Both the position numbers and the translations under genes were made by a program. 20,648 nt of DNA. Origin: a virus. Its lineage: Duplodnaviria; Heunggongvirae; Uroviricota; Caudoviricetes. Below are positions 1 to 7,241 of the stretch, piece by piece. The notes beneath the pieces are model-generated. The model made no database searches and had not been told where the DNA came from. It saw only the letters and a program-made list of their open reading frames with translations. The DNA lies in the IMG/VR virus record IMGVR_UViG_2778261382_000002, one strand, 5' to 3'. How positions within the stretch are numbered: the first letter of the stretch is position 1; every line of letters begins with the position of its first letter.

Positions 1-549
1 ATGCAATTTAATATCCCTACGTTGCTTACACTGTTCCGTGTCATCCTTATCCCATTCTTTGTATTGGTCTTTTATTTGCCTGTCACCTGGTCGCCGTTTG
101 CCGCCGCGCTCATTTTCTGCGTCGCGGCGGTGACTGACTGGTTCGATGGTTTTCTGGCACGCCGCTGGAATCAGAGTACCCGGTTTGGTGCTTTCCTTGA
201 CCCTGTCGCAGATAAAGTTCTCGTGGCTATCGCCATGGTGCTGGTAACCGAGCATTACCACAGCTGGTGGGTGACCTTACCGGCAGCAACGATGATCGCC
301 CGTGAAATTATTATTTCTGCGCTACGCGAATGGATGGCGGAGTTGGGTAAACGCAGTAGCGTGGCTGTCTCCTGGATTGGGAAAGTGAAAACCACTGCCC
401 AGATGGTGGCGTTAGCCTGGCTGCTGTGGCGTCCGAACATTTGGGTTGAGTACGCCGGTATTGCACTTTTCTTTGTGGCTGCGGTACTGACTCTGTGGTC
501 AATGTTGCAATATTTGAGCGCTGCGCGTGCAGATTTGCTTGATCAGTGA
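1..549 (+). CDS. pgsA: CDP-diacylglycerol--glycerol-3-phosphate 3-phosphatidyltransferase (phosphatidylglycerophosphate synthase)
   Basis: 182-aa ORF whose translation ([20 protein letters not shown]...[10 protein letters not shown]...FLDPVADK) I recognise as enterobacterial PgsA, with the CDP-alcohol phosphatidyltransferase D-G-x2-A-R...G-x3-D-x3-D motif. The glyW-cysT-leuZ operon directly downstream matches the E. coli locus order. Confidence 0.95.
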
Positions 550-599
550 TCGTTTCGGCGCAATTTTCAGCAAACGATCAAAAGTGGTGAAAAATATCG

Positions 600-627
600 T
601 TGACTCATCGCGCCAGGTAAGTAGAAT
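600..627 (+). promoter_or_regulatory. Sigma70-type promoter of the tRNA operon
   Basis: TTGACT (600-605), 16-bp spacer, TAGAAT (622-627), A/T-rich upstream stretch and a GC-rich discriminator-like stretch downstream, about 75 bp before tRNA-Gly. Sequence inspection only. Confidence 0.45.
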
Positions 628-700
628 GCAACGCATCGAACGGCGGCACTGATTGCCAGACGATAATAAAATCAAGTGATTAACTGATTGCTTGATGAAT

Positions 701-776
<76 letters not shown>

Positions 777-829
777 GTTTAAAAGACATCGGCGGCAGCG
801 GATGTCTGGCTGAAAGGCCTGAAGAATTT

Positions 830-903
830 GGCGCGTTAACAAAGCGGTTATGTAGCGGATTGCAAATCCGTCTAGTCCGGTTCGACTCCGGAACGCGCCT
901 CCA
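830..903 (+). tRNA. cysT: tRNA-Cys (anticodon GCA)
   Basis: 74-nt sequence GGCGCGTTAACAAAGCGGTTATGTAGCGGATTGCAAATCCGTCTAGTCCGGTTCGACTCCGGAACGCGCCTCCA, matching the E. coli tRNA-Cys as I recall it; anticodon loop TTGCAAA. Confidence 0.95.
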
Positions 904-915
904 CTTTCTTCCCGA

Positions 916-1002
916 GCCCGGATGGTGGAATCGGTAGACACAAGGGATTTAAAATCCCTCGGCGTTCGCGCTGTGCGGGTTCAAGTCCCGCTCCGGGTAC
1001 CA
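916..1002 (+). tRNA. leuZ: tRNA-Leu (anticodon TAA), long variable arm
   Basis: 87-nt class II tRNA GCCCGGATGGTGGAATCGGTAGACACAAGGGATTTAAAATCCC...GGGTACCA with TAA anticodon and extended variable arm. Confidence 0.95.
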
Positions 1003-1045
1003 TGGGAAAGATAAGAATAAAATCAAAGCAATAAGCAGTGTCGTG

Positions 1046-1069
1046 AAACCACCTTCGGGTGGTTTTTTT
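1046..1069 (+). terminator. Rho-independent terminator of the tRNA operon
   Basis: Perfect 8-bp stem AAACCACC/GGTGGTTT with TTCG tetraloop, followed by a T7 run. Confidence 0.8.
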
Positions 1070-1161
1070 GTATCTTCTTTTTCATTTCCGAAGATGCGTC
1101 CGAAGATGATTTTTCTCTGGACGCATCATCATTCATTTTCTCTGGCCACCAACTACGGGCA

Positions 1162-1416
1162 CTACTTTAACTTTTCGGTCATATGCTGCTGTCTGTCGTG
1201 GGTTCTTATGCCCGGAAATTGCTTGCTTCTCTTCCAGGCTGCCTTAGGCGTAATCAGTTCTGGTGGGGGGAATGCCGATTTCTCCCGCGTGACCTTAATG
1301 TTTTCTGGCAGGTGTAGCCCAAGTTCGCAGCGGCTCCGTGCTTCAATAATGCCATTGGTACCATCGGCAAGTACCAGGTGAACCGCGTCACCACGCTTTA
1401 ATGTGAGTTTAAGCAT
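1162..1416 (-). CDS. Hypothetical protein (84 aa), translationally coupled to the upstream recombinase-like remnant
   Basis: Its ATG (1416-1414 on the - strand) overlaps the TAA stop of the upstream - strand ORF (TAATG). No family recognised. The overlapping + strand ORF 1043-1381 looks non-protein-like. Confidence 0.35.
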   Translation of the reverse strand: MLKLTLKRGDAVHLVLADGTNGIIEARSRCELGLHLPENIKVTREKSAFPPPELITPKAAWKRSKQFPGIRTHDRQQHMTEKLK

Positions 1417-2172
1417 TAGCGTACCCTCAGCGAACGTTCGCCGCGTTCCAGATGTGCGCCTGGTACCGGGTTAAGTAATTCGGCAGGTGGTGTTTCTCCA
1501 CGCGCCATTATTTCTGCGGCAACCGCCTCCGCAGATTCAATCACTTCTTTAATGGCTCGCTTGTTTGGTGTAATAACCGTTTCTACTTCAACAAGTGACA
1601 CGCCTTCATACTCGTCCGGGATCTTATCTTTGCTATCGATAATTACCCGGATAGCCCCCTGTGCATCAGTAAATGTGTTTTTAGCAGTTTTCAATTTACG
1701 ATGAATATTCTTTATCGCCTTTGGCTTCTGCTGCTTTTCGGTGTACATCCACTTCGCGGGCGATGAGGCCAAATACCTTGTTTACTTCGTTGGTGGTTAC
1801 CGCGGCGGCCAGCGTATTGGCAACGTTGATCAGCTTCTCATCCAGTTCCTTACGAAGACGGGTAGCATCTTCCGCATTCTCGCTGGCATTCTTGATATCA
1901 AACTCAGCTTTATTCCTCTGGCGGTATTCCGGATTGTCGTACAGGCCCATGAAAATATCGGCGCTGAATCCGAGAGGGGATAGCGCTTTCTTAACAGCAT
2001 CCGTCCAGGATTTCTTCGGCGCTTCGCCGTCGCTTGTTGGTCCATGTCTAGTATCGTAGATGTACGGAGTGCAACCGTAAGCCGCAGACTCGCCGCGCAC
2101 CCCATTCAATATGTACCAGACTCTCACTTTCATGGTGTGGTGCATTTCACATAGGTACAGCGTGGCTGAGAT
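1416..2172 (-). pseudogene. Rad52/Sak-like single-strand annealing recombinase, N-terminally truncated and frameshifted
   Basis: ORF 1696-2145 (-) contains KKSWTDAVKKALSPLGFSADIFMGLYD, which resembles the Rad52-family signature (K-E-A-V-T-D-x-L-K-R-A-L...F-G...L-D-K as I recall it). Only about 45 residues precede this motif and an in-frame stop lies at 2173-2175, so the N-terminal half of the domain is missing. The C-terminal part continues in another frame (ORF 1416-1772), overlapping by 77 nt. Confidence 0.5.
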
Positions 2173-2587
2173 TCAGTTAGTAATTCGTTGGGTTATTGCG
2201 ACATGGCGCCGTCGTAGCGGAAGCGTTCCGAAACCTGCGAACATTTGCCGCGTAAACCGGTTTGACGGATACCTGGCTGACGCTGAGACGTGGGCCACTG
2301 CTGAGGCTGCCGTTGACCCTGCTGAAGTTGTGAAGGGCTACAACGAGATTCTGGGCGACCTGCTACCTATAGCTGAAATTGATACTGACCGCCGTCGGGC
2401 AATCCTGCGCCTGCTGGCACATATGCGCACGCAAACTCTTGGCGCATTTATCGGCTACTTCGAAAAATTCCGCGATAACGCCCCAGACTTCTATTTCGGC
2501 GGCGAATATCGCACCGGCTGGCGGGCAGGGTTTGATTACCTGATGAAGCCAGAAACACTGCGTAAAACCAGGGAAGGGGCATTATGA
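2111..2587 (+). CDS. Phage replication initiation protein, C-terminal fragment (probably N-terminally truncated), coupled to the helicase gene
   Basis: The C-terminal roughly 100 aa (AEVVKGYNEILGDLLPIAEIDTDRRRAILRLLAHMRTQ...FGGEYRTGWRAGFDYLM) resemble the conserved C-terminal domain of phage O-like replication proteins that partner DnaB-type helicases. The first roughly 55 codons are W/C/R-rich and look non-coding. Stop overlaps the helicase start (ATGA at 2584-2587). Confidence 0.4.
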   Translation: MYQTLTFMVWCISHRYSVAEIQLVIRWVIATWRRRSGSVPKPANICRVNRFDGYLADAETWATAEAAVDPAEVVKGYNEILGDLLPIAEIDTDRRRAILRLLAHMRTQTLGAFIGYFEKFRDNAPDFYFGGEYRTGWRAGFDYLMKPETLRKTREGAL

Positions 2588-3975
2588 ATCCAGAAGAACT
2601 GGAAGCGATCGTTCTCGCTGGTCTGATTAACGGTGGCGCGACGCCTGACGCGTTTGATGTGATTGCCACTACTCCGGAGGAAGCCTTCAGCATCGTGTTT
2701 CACCGTCGCGCTTTCAGCGAAATCAAAAAGCAGGCACTGGCGAACGGCATGATCGACATGTTGTTTATCAGCGAAGCGCTGGGCGGTTCCAGCCTTGCGG
2801 ATCTGTCTCAAATATCCCGGATCCCGGCAACGGTACCGAATCTGAAAGGCTATGCCGGGAAAATGGTGCGGGCATGGCGGAGCCGCAAAATGGCGGCATT
2901 GTTGCAATCTGGCGCGGATGGTATCCGTAACGCTGTAAACCAGAGTCAGCGTGATGAGGTTATTGAATCTCATGTTGCTCAGGTGCTGGATATGAGCGCC
3001 GCTACCGGCACAGTCCAGCCGGTACACATCAAAGAGCTGTTACCGCTCTACATTGACACCGTTGATAAACGGATGTCTGGCGACGCGCAGGAAATGATGC
3101 TGAAAACCGGAGTCGAGGATCTGGATGTCGCCCTGGGCGGTATCAACATGACCGACCTTGTTGTGGTTGCCGGTCGTCCAGGCATGGGGAAAACGGAATT
3201 TACCCTGAAGATTATCGATGGCGTTACCGCAGATGGCGGCGGCGCACTGTTTTTCAGCATGGAAATGGGCGCTCAGCAGATTGTTGAACGTACCGTTGCC
3301 GGGGCTGGGAATATGTCCACGTCGCGTCTGCGTAATCCAAAAGAAATGGACGATGAGGATTTGACCAGATTAACCGCCGCGCTTGCAATCATGCAGGATC
3401 GCGATATCTGGATTGTTGATGCCACTGATTTGACGATTGAGCAGATCCGCGCCATTGCAGAGACTCATAAACGCCGTTATCCGCACCTGAAGTTGATTGG
3501 TGTTGATTACATGGGCCTGATCAAAAAACCGAAGGCCGAGCGCCACGATCTCGCTGTCGGGCATATCTCCCGCAACATGAAGACTATGGCCATGCGTCTG
3601 CATACCCCTGTTTTTGCTCTTAGCCAGCTTTCCCGCCAGGTGGATTCTCGACCTGCTGGCCAGCGTCGCCCGGTGATGTCGGACCTGCGCGATTCCGGCA
3701 GTGTTGAGCAGGACGCTGACAGCATTTTGTTTTTGTACCGCGATGAAGTTTACACACCTGATTCACCTGCAAAGGGTATCGCCGAGGTGATTATCGGTAA
3801 AAACCGTTCTGGCGGGGCAGGTGAAATTATTTATCAGGAATTCCGGAATGGGCATTTCCTGCCAGTTGATCAACACGTAGCACGCGAAAAATTACGCATC
3901 CAGAAGGAGGCAGAGCAACCGAGAAAACGTGAAAAACGGTATTCAAACAAAAACTTTAATACGGACCCATTTTAA
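2584..3975 (+). CDS. Replicative DNA helicase, DnaB family (phage-encoded)
   Basis: 463 aa with Walker A GRPGMGKT, DnaB-like N-terminal domain and C-terminal RecA-like core motifs (FFSMEM, LSQLSR, SDLRDSGSVEQDAD). Size and motif spacing are typical of DnaB. Confidence 0.9.
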   Translation: MNPEELEAIVLAGLINGGATPDAFDVIATTPEEAFSIVFHRRAFSEIKKQALANGMIDMLFISEALGGSSLADLSQISRIPATVPNLKGYAGKMVRAWRSRKMAALLQSGADGIRNAVNQSQRDEVIESHVAQVLDMSAATGTVQPVHIKELLPLYIDTVDKRMSGDAQEMMLKTGVEDLDVALGGINMTDLVVVAGRPGMGKTEFTLKIIDGVTADGGGALFFSMEMGAQQIVERTVAGAGNMSTSRLRNPKEMDDEDLTRLTAALAIMQDRDIWIVDATDLTIEQIRAIAETHKRRYPHLKLIGVDYMGLIKKPKAERHDLAVGHISRNMKTMAMRLHTPVFALSQLSRQVDSRPAGQRRPVMSDLRDSGSVEQDADSILFLYRDEVYTPDSPAKGIAEVIIGKNRSGGAGEIIYQEFRNGHFLPVDQHVAREKLRIQKEAEQPRKREKRYSNKNFNTDPF

Positions 3976-4013
3976 CCACGCATGACCAGCGTGAAATAAC
4001 CGAGGAAAGACCA

Positions 4014-4424
4014 ATGACCACCATTTCAGGCAAATTAGAGTACCCGTCGGACAAAGGACACATAGACGACGGTAAAAACTATCTCGACGTCATTTTGTGG
4101 AATATGAACGCCGGGCCACGTGCGCGCACTCGTGCGGTTTTTGTACCAAGACCCAAAGCAGGCAATTTTTCAACACCAGCTCAGCCTGCCCGTCAGGCAT
4201 CCGTAGCCGCAGCGCCAGCAGTGAAATGTAAGGGTAAAACGCACATCGGGATCGCGATTCGCAGAAATGGTGAGCGGCAAGTGAAACTCCACGAAACAGC
4301 GACAACCTGGTGTGCCTCACCGCATGAAACTTACGACAAGATAACCGGACAGCGCATTGGCGCGCCCGGTCGCTGTCGCCTGCTGCTGAGTTCCATCACT
4401 CCGATAGCAAAGAAAGGGACGTGA
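4014..4424 (+). CDS. Hypothetical phage protein (136 aa)
   Basis: ORF preceded by GAGGAAAG Shine-Dalgarno; first gene of a tightly packed small-gene operon. Pro/Ala-rich middle and three Cys; no family recognised. Confidence 0.45.
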   Translation: MTTISGKLEYPSDKGHIDDGKNYLDVILWNMNAGPRARTRAVFVPRPKAGNFSTPAQPARQASVAAAPAVKCKGKTHIGIAIRRNGERQVKLHETATTWCASPHETYDKITGQRIGAPGRCRLLLSSITPIAKKGT

Positions 4425-4425
4425 T

Positions 4426-4662
4426 ATGGCAGGGCAATCAGATTACCTGCCGCCCGGCTTACCACACAACCGCGCCAAATGGCCTCAGGAATACCTGCTT
4501 AAAGAGCACTACGACATGCGAGCGGCGACGCTGATCCGCCAACTCTTTGAGAAACGTATTCCGAGGGGAAGCGTGATTGAGCAAATCGGAATGACGCCGG
4601 ATACGTACCGGGAATTTTTCAGAGAGCGTCTGAACTACTGGAGAGGGGGGATGGAGCAATGA
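4426..4662 (+). CDS. Hypothetical phage protein (78 aa)
   Basis: Starts 2 nt after the previous stop; its stop overlaps the next start (ATGA). No family recognised. Confidence 0.45.
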   Translation: MAGQSDYLPPGLPHNRAKWPQEYLLKEHYDMRAATLIRQLFEKRIPRGSVIEQIGMTPDTYREFFRERLNYWRGGMEQ

Positions 4663-4970
4663 AATACAAACGGTGGGTGCGTGCGGAAGTCGTAATCATC
4701 AAACAATGTGCGGGCAGCATGATAGTTGAACGTATAGGGCAGCTTATTGGAAGAACCGGTGCTGCGGTACGCACAAAAGCGCGCGAGTTGAAAATCTGTA
4801 TGTATCTGCGGGGTAATTATCACCAGTCAGTGAAATACCGCCAGGAGGATATCGAGCTGGCAAGGGAATTACATCAGTCGGGTATTAATCGCCAGGATAT
4901 CGCGGAAAAACTCGAAATGTCGATCGGTGCGGTGAATCAGTATGTTTATTTTGAGCGGAGGATTTCATGA
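4659..4970 (+). CDS. Hypothetical protein with two helix-turn-helix-like segments (103 aa); possible DNA-binding regulator or small-terminase-like remnant
   Basis: SMIVERIGQLIGRTGAAVRTKAREL and INRQDIAEKLEMSIGAVNQYV both have HTH-like character. Translationally coupled on both sides. Confidence 0.45.
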   Translation: MKYKRWVRAEVVIIKQCAGSMIVERIGQLIGRTGAAVRTKARELKICMYLRGNYHQSVKYRQEDIELARELHQSGINRQDIAEKLEMSIGAVNQYVYFERRIS

Positions 4971-5191
4971 AAGAACTTTTTCTGGCATTTGTGCCCCGGT
5001 TTATTAATGACCAGATCGCACTGACTGATAATGGTGAACAATATGAAATTGCCTGCAGCATGGTGGATGTGAATCCTGGCGAACGGTATGACGCGATGTG
5101 TGACCTGAAAATATTTACCTGGCTGGGTTGGGCTATTCCGTGTGGAGAACCAACCAATATTCGCCCATTTGAGAGCAGGGAGGCTGTATGA
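4967..5191 (+). CDS. Hypothetical phage protein (74 aa)
   Basis: ATGA-coupled to the upstream gene; no transmembrane or enzymatic motif recognised. Confidence 0.4.
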   Translation: MKELFLAFVPRFINDQIALTDNGEQYEIACSMVDVNPGERYDAMCDLKIFTWLGWAIPCGEPTNIRPFESREAV

Positions 5192-5304
5192 GTGAGTTGA
5201 AAATACGTCGCAAGGCAATAGCACACGTTAAAAATCCATTACCAGTGCCCGCCGAATGCCATTTTTGTGGTGGGAATGTACGGATTGGTACGTATGTATG
5301 GTGA
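5188..5304 (+). CDS. Small hypothetical protein (38 aa) with one CxxC motif
   Basis: Not in the supplied ORF track (below 60 aa). ATG at 5188 overlaps the upstream stop (ATGA) and is preceded by GGGAGG 4 nt upstream. Product MSELKIRRKAIAHVKNPLPVPAECHFCGGNVRIGTYVW. Confidence 0.3.
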   Translation: MSELKIRRKAIAHVKNPLPVPAECHFCGGNVRIGTYVW

Positions 5305-5378
5305 TTGCGGAGTGACGTAAAACGAATCGTTGTGGGTGTAATATCGTCAATATCATTGGTTTCCCGGAGGGAAAGGAC

Positions 5379-5528
5379 ATGTTTGGCGATAAACTGGAGT
5401 TACCACGGAACGGGCGGATAGTGCTCTATATTTCAGATTACAAAGTAACCAGGGCTGAGGTGTTGGAACCGGAAAAACATCTGGTCACGTTACCGGACAT
5501 TATTGAGTTGTATAAGCGGGTCGGATAA
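5379..5528 (+). CDS. Small hypothetical protein (49 aa)
   Basis: Not in the supplied ORF track. Strong SD (GGAGGGAAAGGA) immediately upstream of ATG 5379. Product MFGDKLELPRNGRIVLYISDYKVTRAEVLEPEKHLVTLPDIIELYKRVG. Could alternatively be a remnant of a deleted upstream gene. Confidence 0.3.
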   Translation: MFGDKLELPRNGRIVLYISDYKVTRAEVLEPEKHLVTLPDIIELYKRVG

Positions 5529-5546
5529 CGGCTGGGGAGGTAACTG

Positions 5547-6854
5547 ATGCCGTGGAACAATTTTCCGCACCTCGCCGCCAGGGCGTTCAATCAACCGCTT
5601 TTGCTGGAGCCCACCTACGCGCGGGTATTTTTTTCGGCGCTGAGCGACCGGTTCGGTACCGGGCGACTGATTGATACAGCGTCTGGAGAGGTAATGAACA
5701 GCGACGAAATGAACGCGCTCGCGATGGGGTGGGACAGCAGCGAGCGAACACGCCAGAAATCGTATCGCGTGGAGCGTGGTATAGCCGTTCTGCCGGTTAC
5801 CGGGACGCTGGTTCATAAATTGGGTTATATCAACCCAGTTAGCGGGATGAGCGGTTACGACGGAATCGCAAAACGCCTGCAGCAGGCGATTTCTGATCCC
5901 GATGTAAGAGGGGTCCTGCTTGATATTGACTCCCCTGGCGGTGAAGTCGCCGGCGCGTTTGATACTGCTGATTTAATCGCCCGGGCGCGAGAGCAAAAAC
6001 CTGTGTGGGCGCTGGCCAGCGATACGGCCTGCAGCGCTGCCTATTTGCTGGCGTCAGCGTGTTCGCGCCGGCTGATAACGCAGACAGGCACAGTTGGTTC
6101 AATCGGTGTCCTGATGGCTCACCGCTGCGTCGAAAAAGCGCTGGAGATTGCTGGCGTCGACGTGACGCTGATTTACGCCGGCGCGCACAAAGTTGACGGG
6201 AACCCGTATTCCCAGCTGCCAGGCGACGTTCGCGACGAATTCCAGCTGAGTATTAACAGCACGCGCGAGCAGTTCGCGCAAAAAGTCTCGGATTATACCG
6301 GGCTGAAAAAATCCAGGGTGCTGGCCACGGAAGCTGCAGTATTTATCGGCGCGGACGCGATTAAATCTGGTCTCGCTGATCAACTCGTTAATTACGCGGA
6401 CGCTATCGCAGTGATGGCCGACGCACTGAAACCAAAAATGGAGCGCTTTATGTCTGGTACAGAAACCACGGCGGAGACCACGACCACAGAACAAACCGCG
6501 ACCACGACTACTGTCGCGCAGGTTGAGTTTAACACGGAGCAGATTCGCGCGGACGCCGCATCAAGCGAACTGGCGCGTGTGATGGCCATCATCAATTGTC
6601 CCGAAGCTGTTGGGCGCGAGGCGCAGGCAAAAGCGCTCGCTGGCGTCCCCGGGATGACGGTCGGGCAGGCGCAGGTAGTCCTCGCTGCAGCACCTAAAAC
6701 GGCGCAGGCGCGGACAGAAACGGCGCTCGATACACTAATGAGCACTGAATCACCAGCGACTATTCAGGATGCTGGCAGTACTACGGCAACAGGAACAACC
6801 GCAAACGTCTCGATGCTGGTTGCTGCAGGGCGTTCAATTTTAGGGGATGAATAA
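5547..6854 (+). CDS. Head maturation protease / minor capsid protein C (S49 ClpP-SppA-like), lambda gpC-like
   Basis: 435 aa; N-terminus FNQPLLLEPTYARVFF, GIAVLPVTGTL, DSPGG, KPVWALASDTACSAAYLLASAC and IYAGAHKVDGNPY parallel lambda gpC as I recall it. Strong SD GGGGAGG upstream. Confidence 0.9.
   Translation: MPWNNFPHLAARAFNQPLLLEPTYARVFFSALSDRFGTGRLIDTASGEVMNSDEMNALAMGWDSSERTRQKSYRVERGIAVLPVTGTLVHKLGYINPVSGMSGYDGIAKRLQQAISDPDVRGVLLDIDSPGGEVAGAFDTADLIARAREQKPVWALASDTACSAAYLLASACSRRLITQTGTVGSIGVLMAHRCVEKALEIAGVDVTLIYAGAHKVDGNPYSQLPGDVRDEFQLSINSTREQFAQKVSDYTGLKKSRVLATEAAVFIGADAIKSGLADQLVNYADAIAVMADALKPKMERFMSGTETTAETTTTEQTATTTTVAQVEFNTEQIRADAASSELARVMAIINCPEAVGREAQAKALAGVPGMTVGQAQVVLAAAPKTAQARTETALDTLMSTESPATIQDAGSTTATGTTANVSMLVAAGRSILGDE
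6450..6854 (+). CDS. Putative nested scaffolding protein (Nu3-like), in-frame internal start within C
   Basis: In-frame ATG at 6450 with GGAG 6 nt upstream (another in-frame ATG at 6438); the product would be the C-terminal roughly 135 aa of C, analogous to lambda Nu3 nested in C. Inference from organisation. Confidence 0.35.
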   Translation: MSGTETTAETTTTEQTATTTTVAQVEFNTEQIRADAASSELARVMAIINCPEAVGREAQAKALAGVPGMTVGQAQVVLAAAPKTAQARTETALDTLMSTESPATIQDAGSTTATGTTANVSMLVAAGRSILGDE

Positions 6855-7183
6855 TGACTACAGAAACGTATAGCCCGGACGATTTTATTCTTGGGCCTGA
6901 CCTTGTTGTCACGACCGTCGGTCATTTTCAGGGCGGGATCAACGTACCCCGGCTGACACCGATTATGCTCGACGCTACTGTCGGGACGTTTAAGGTTTGG
7001 GACGGCTCAGTCGGTAAAGCTATTGGCCTCACTGCCACCGCAGTTAATACTGGCTCCAGTTCTGCAGACTGCTCGTACTATAAATCAGGCTCGTTCCGTT
7101 ACACGGCGATTAACTGGGGTACGGTTACCGACGTAGCTAAACGCAAATCAGCATTTGTGGGTACGCCGATCAGCGTCGGCTGA
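6854..7183 (+). CDS. Head decoration protein, lambda gpD-like
   Basis: 109 aa; TPIMLDATVGTFKVWDG, YYKSGSFRY and AFVGTPISVG parallel lambda gpD (TPLMLDTSSRKLVAWDG, FYKSGTFRY, AFAGTAISIV). TAATG overlap with the C stop. Confidence 0.85.
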   Translation: MTTETYSPDDFILGPDLVVTTVGHFQGGINVPRLTPIMLDATVGTFKVWDGSVGKAIGLTATAVNTGSSSADCSYYKSGSFRYTAINWGTVTDVAKRKSAFVGTPISVG

Positions 7184-7202
7184 TAGCAAAAAACTCAAAA
7201 CA

Positions 7203-7225
7203 AGCCGCCTCCGGGCGGTTTTTTT
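7203..7225 (+). terminator. Putative intrinsic terminator or attenuator after the decoration gene
   Basis: GC stem CCGCC/GGCGG with 4-nt loop, followed by a T7 run, 20 nt after the D stop. Confidence 0.5.
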
Positions 7226-7241
7226 ATAACAGGATATATAA

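Noticed and set aside
1043-1381. ORF 1043-1381 (+), 112 aa
   Set aside because: It starts inside the tRNA operon terminator hairpin, its translation is low-complexity and non-protein-like (partly reflecting the direct repeat at 1087-1108), and it overlaps the better-supported - strand genes.
1830-2105. ORFs 1721-2059 (+), 1741-1983 (+) and 1830-2105 (-)
   Set aside because: Alternative-frame or antisense ORFs inside the Rad52-like remnant, with no ribosome-binding sites or recognisable motifs.
1003-2200. An integrase gene next to the tRNA-Leu attachment region
   Set aside because: Expected for a tRNA-integrated prophage, but neither strand encodes a protein with the tyrosine-recombinase R...HxxR...Y pattern or serine-recombinase motifs; the region instead holds the recombinase remnant and an 84-aa unknown gene.
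2448-3725. Antisense ORFs inside the helicase gene (2448-2693, 2536-3027, 3048-3260, 3273-3455, 3370-3603, 3507-3725, all - strand)
   Set aside because: The + strand DnaB-family reading frame is unambiguous; these are frame artefacts with Arg/Ser-rich compositions.
4659-4970. Calling the 103-aa double-HTH protein a small terminase subunit
   Set aside because: HTH-containing small proteins are common among terminase small subunits, regulators and excisionases alike; with no adjacent large terminase and no detectable specific motif, the assignment would be unsupported. Kept as hypothetical.
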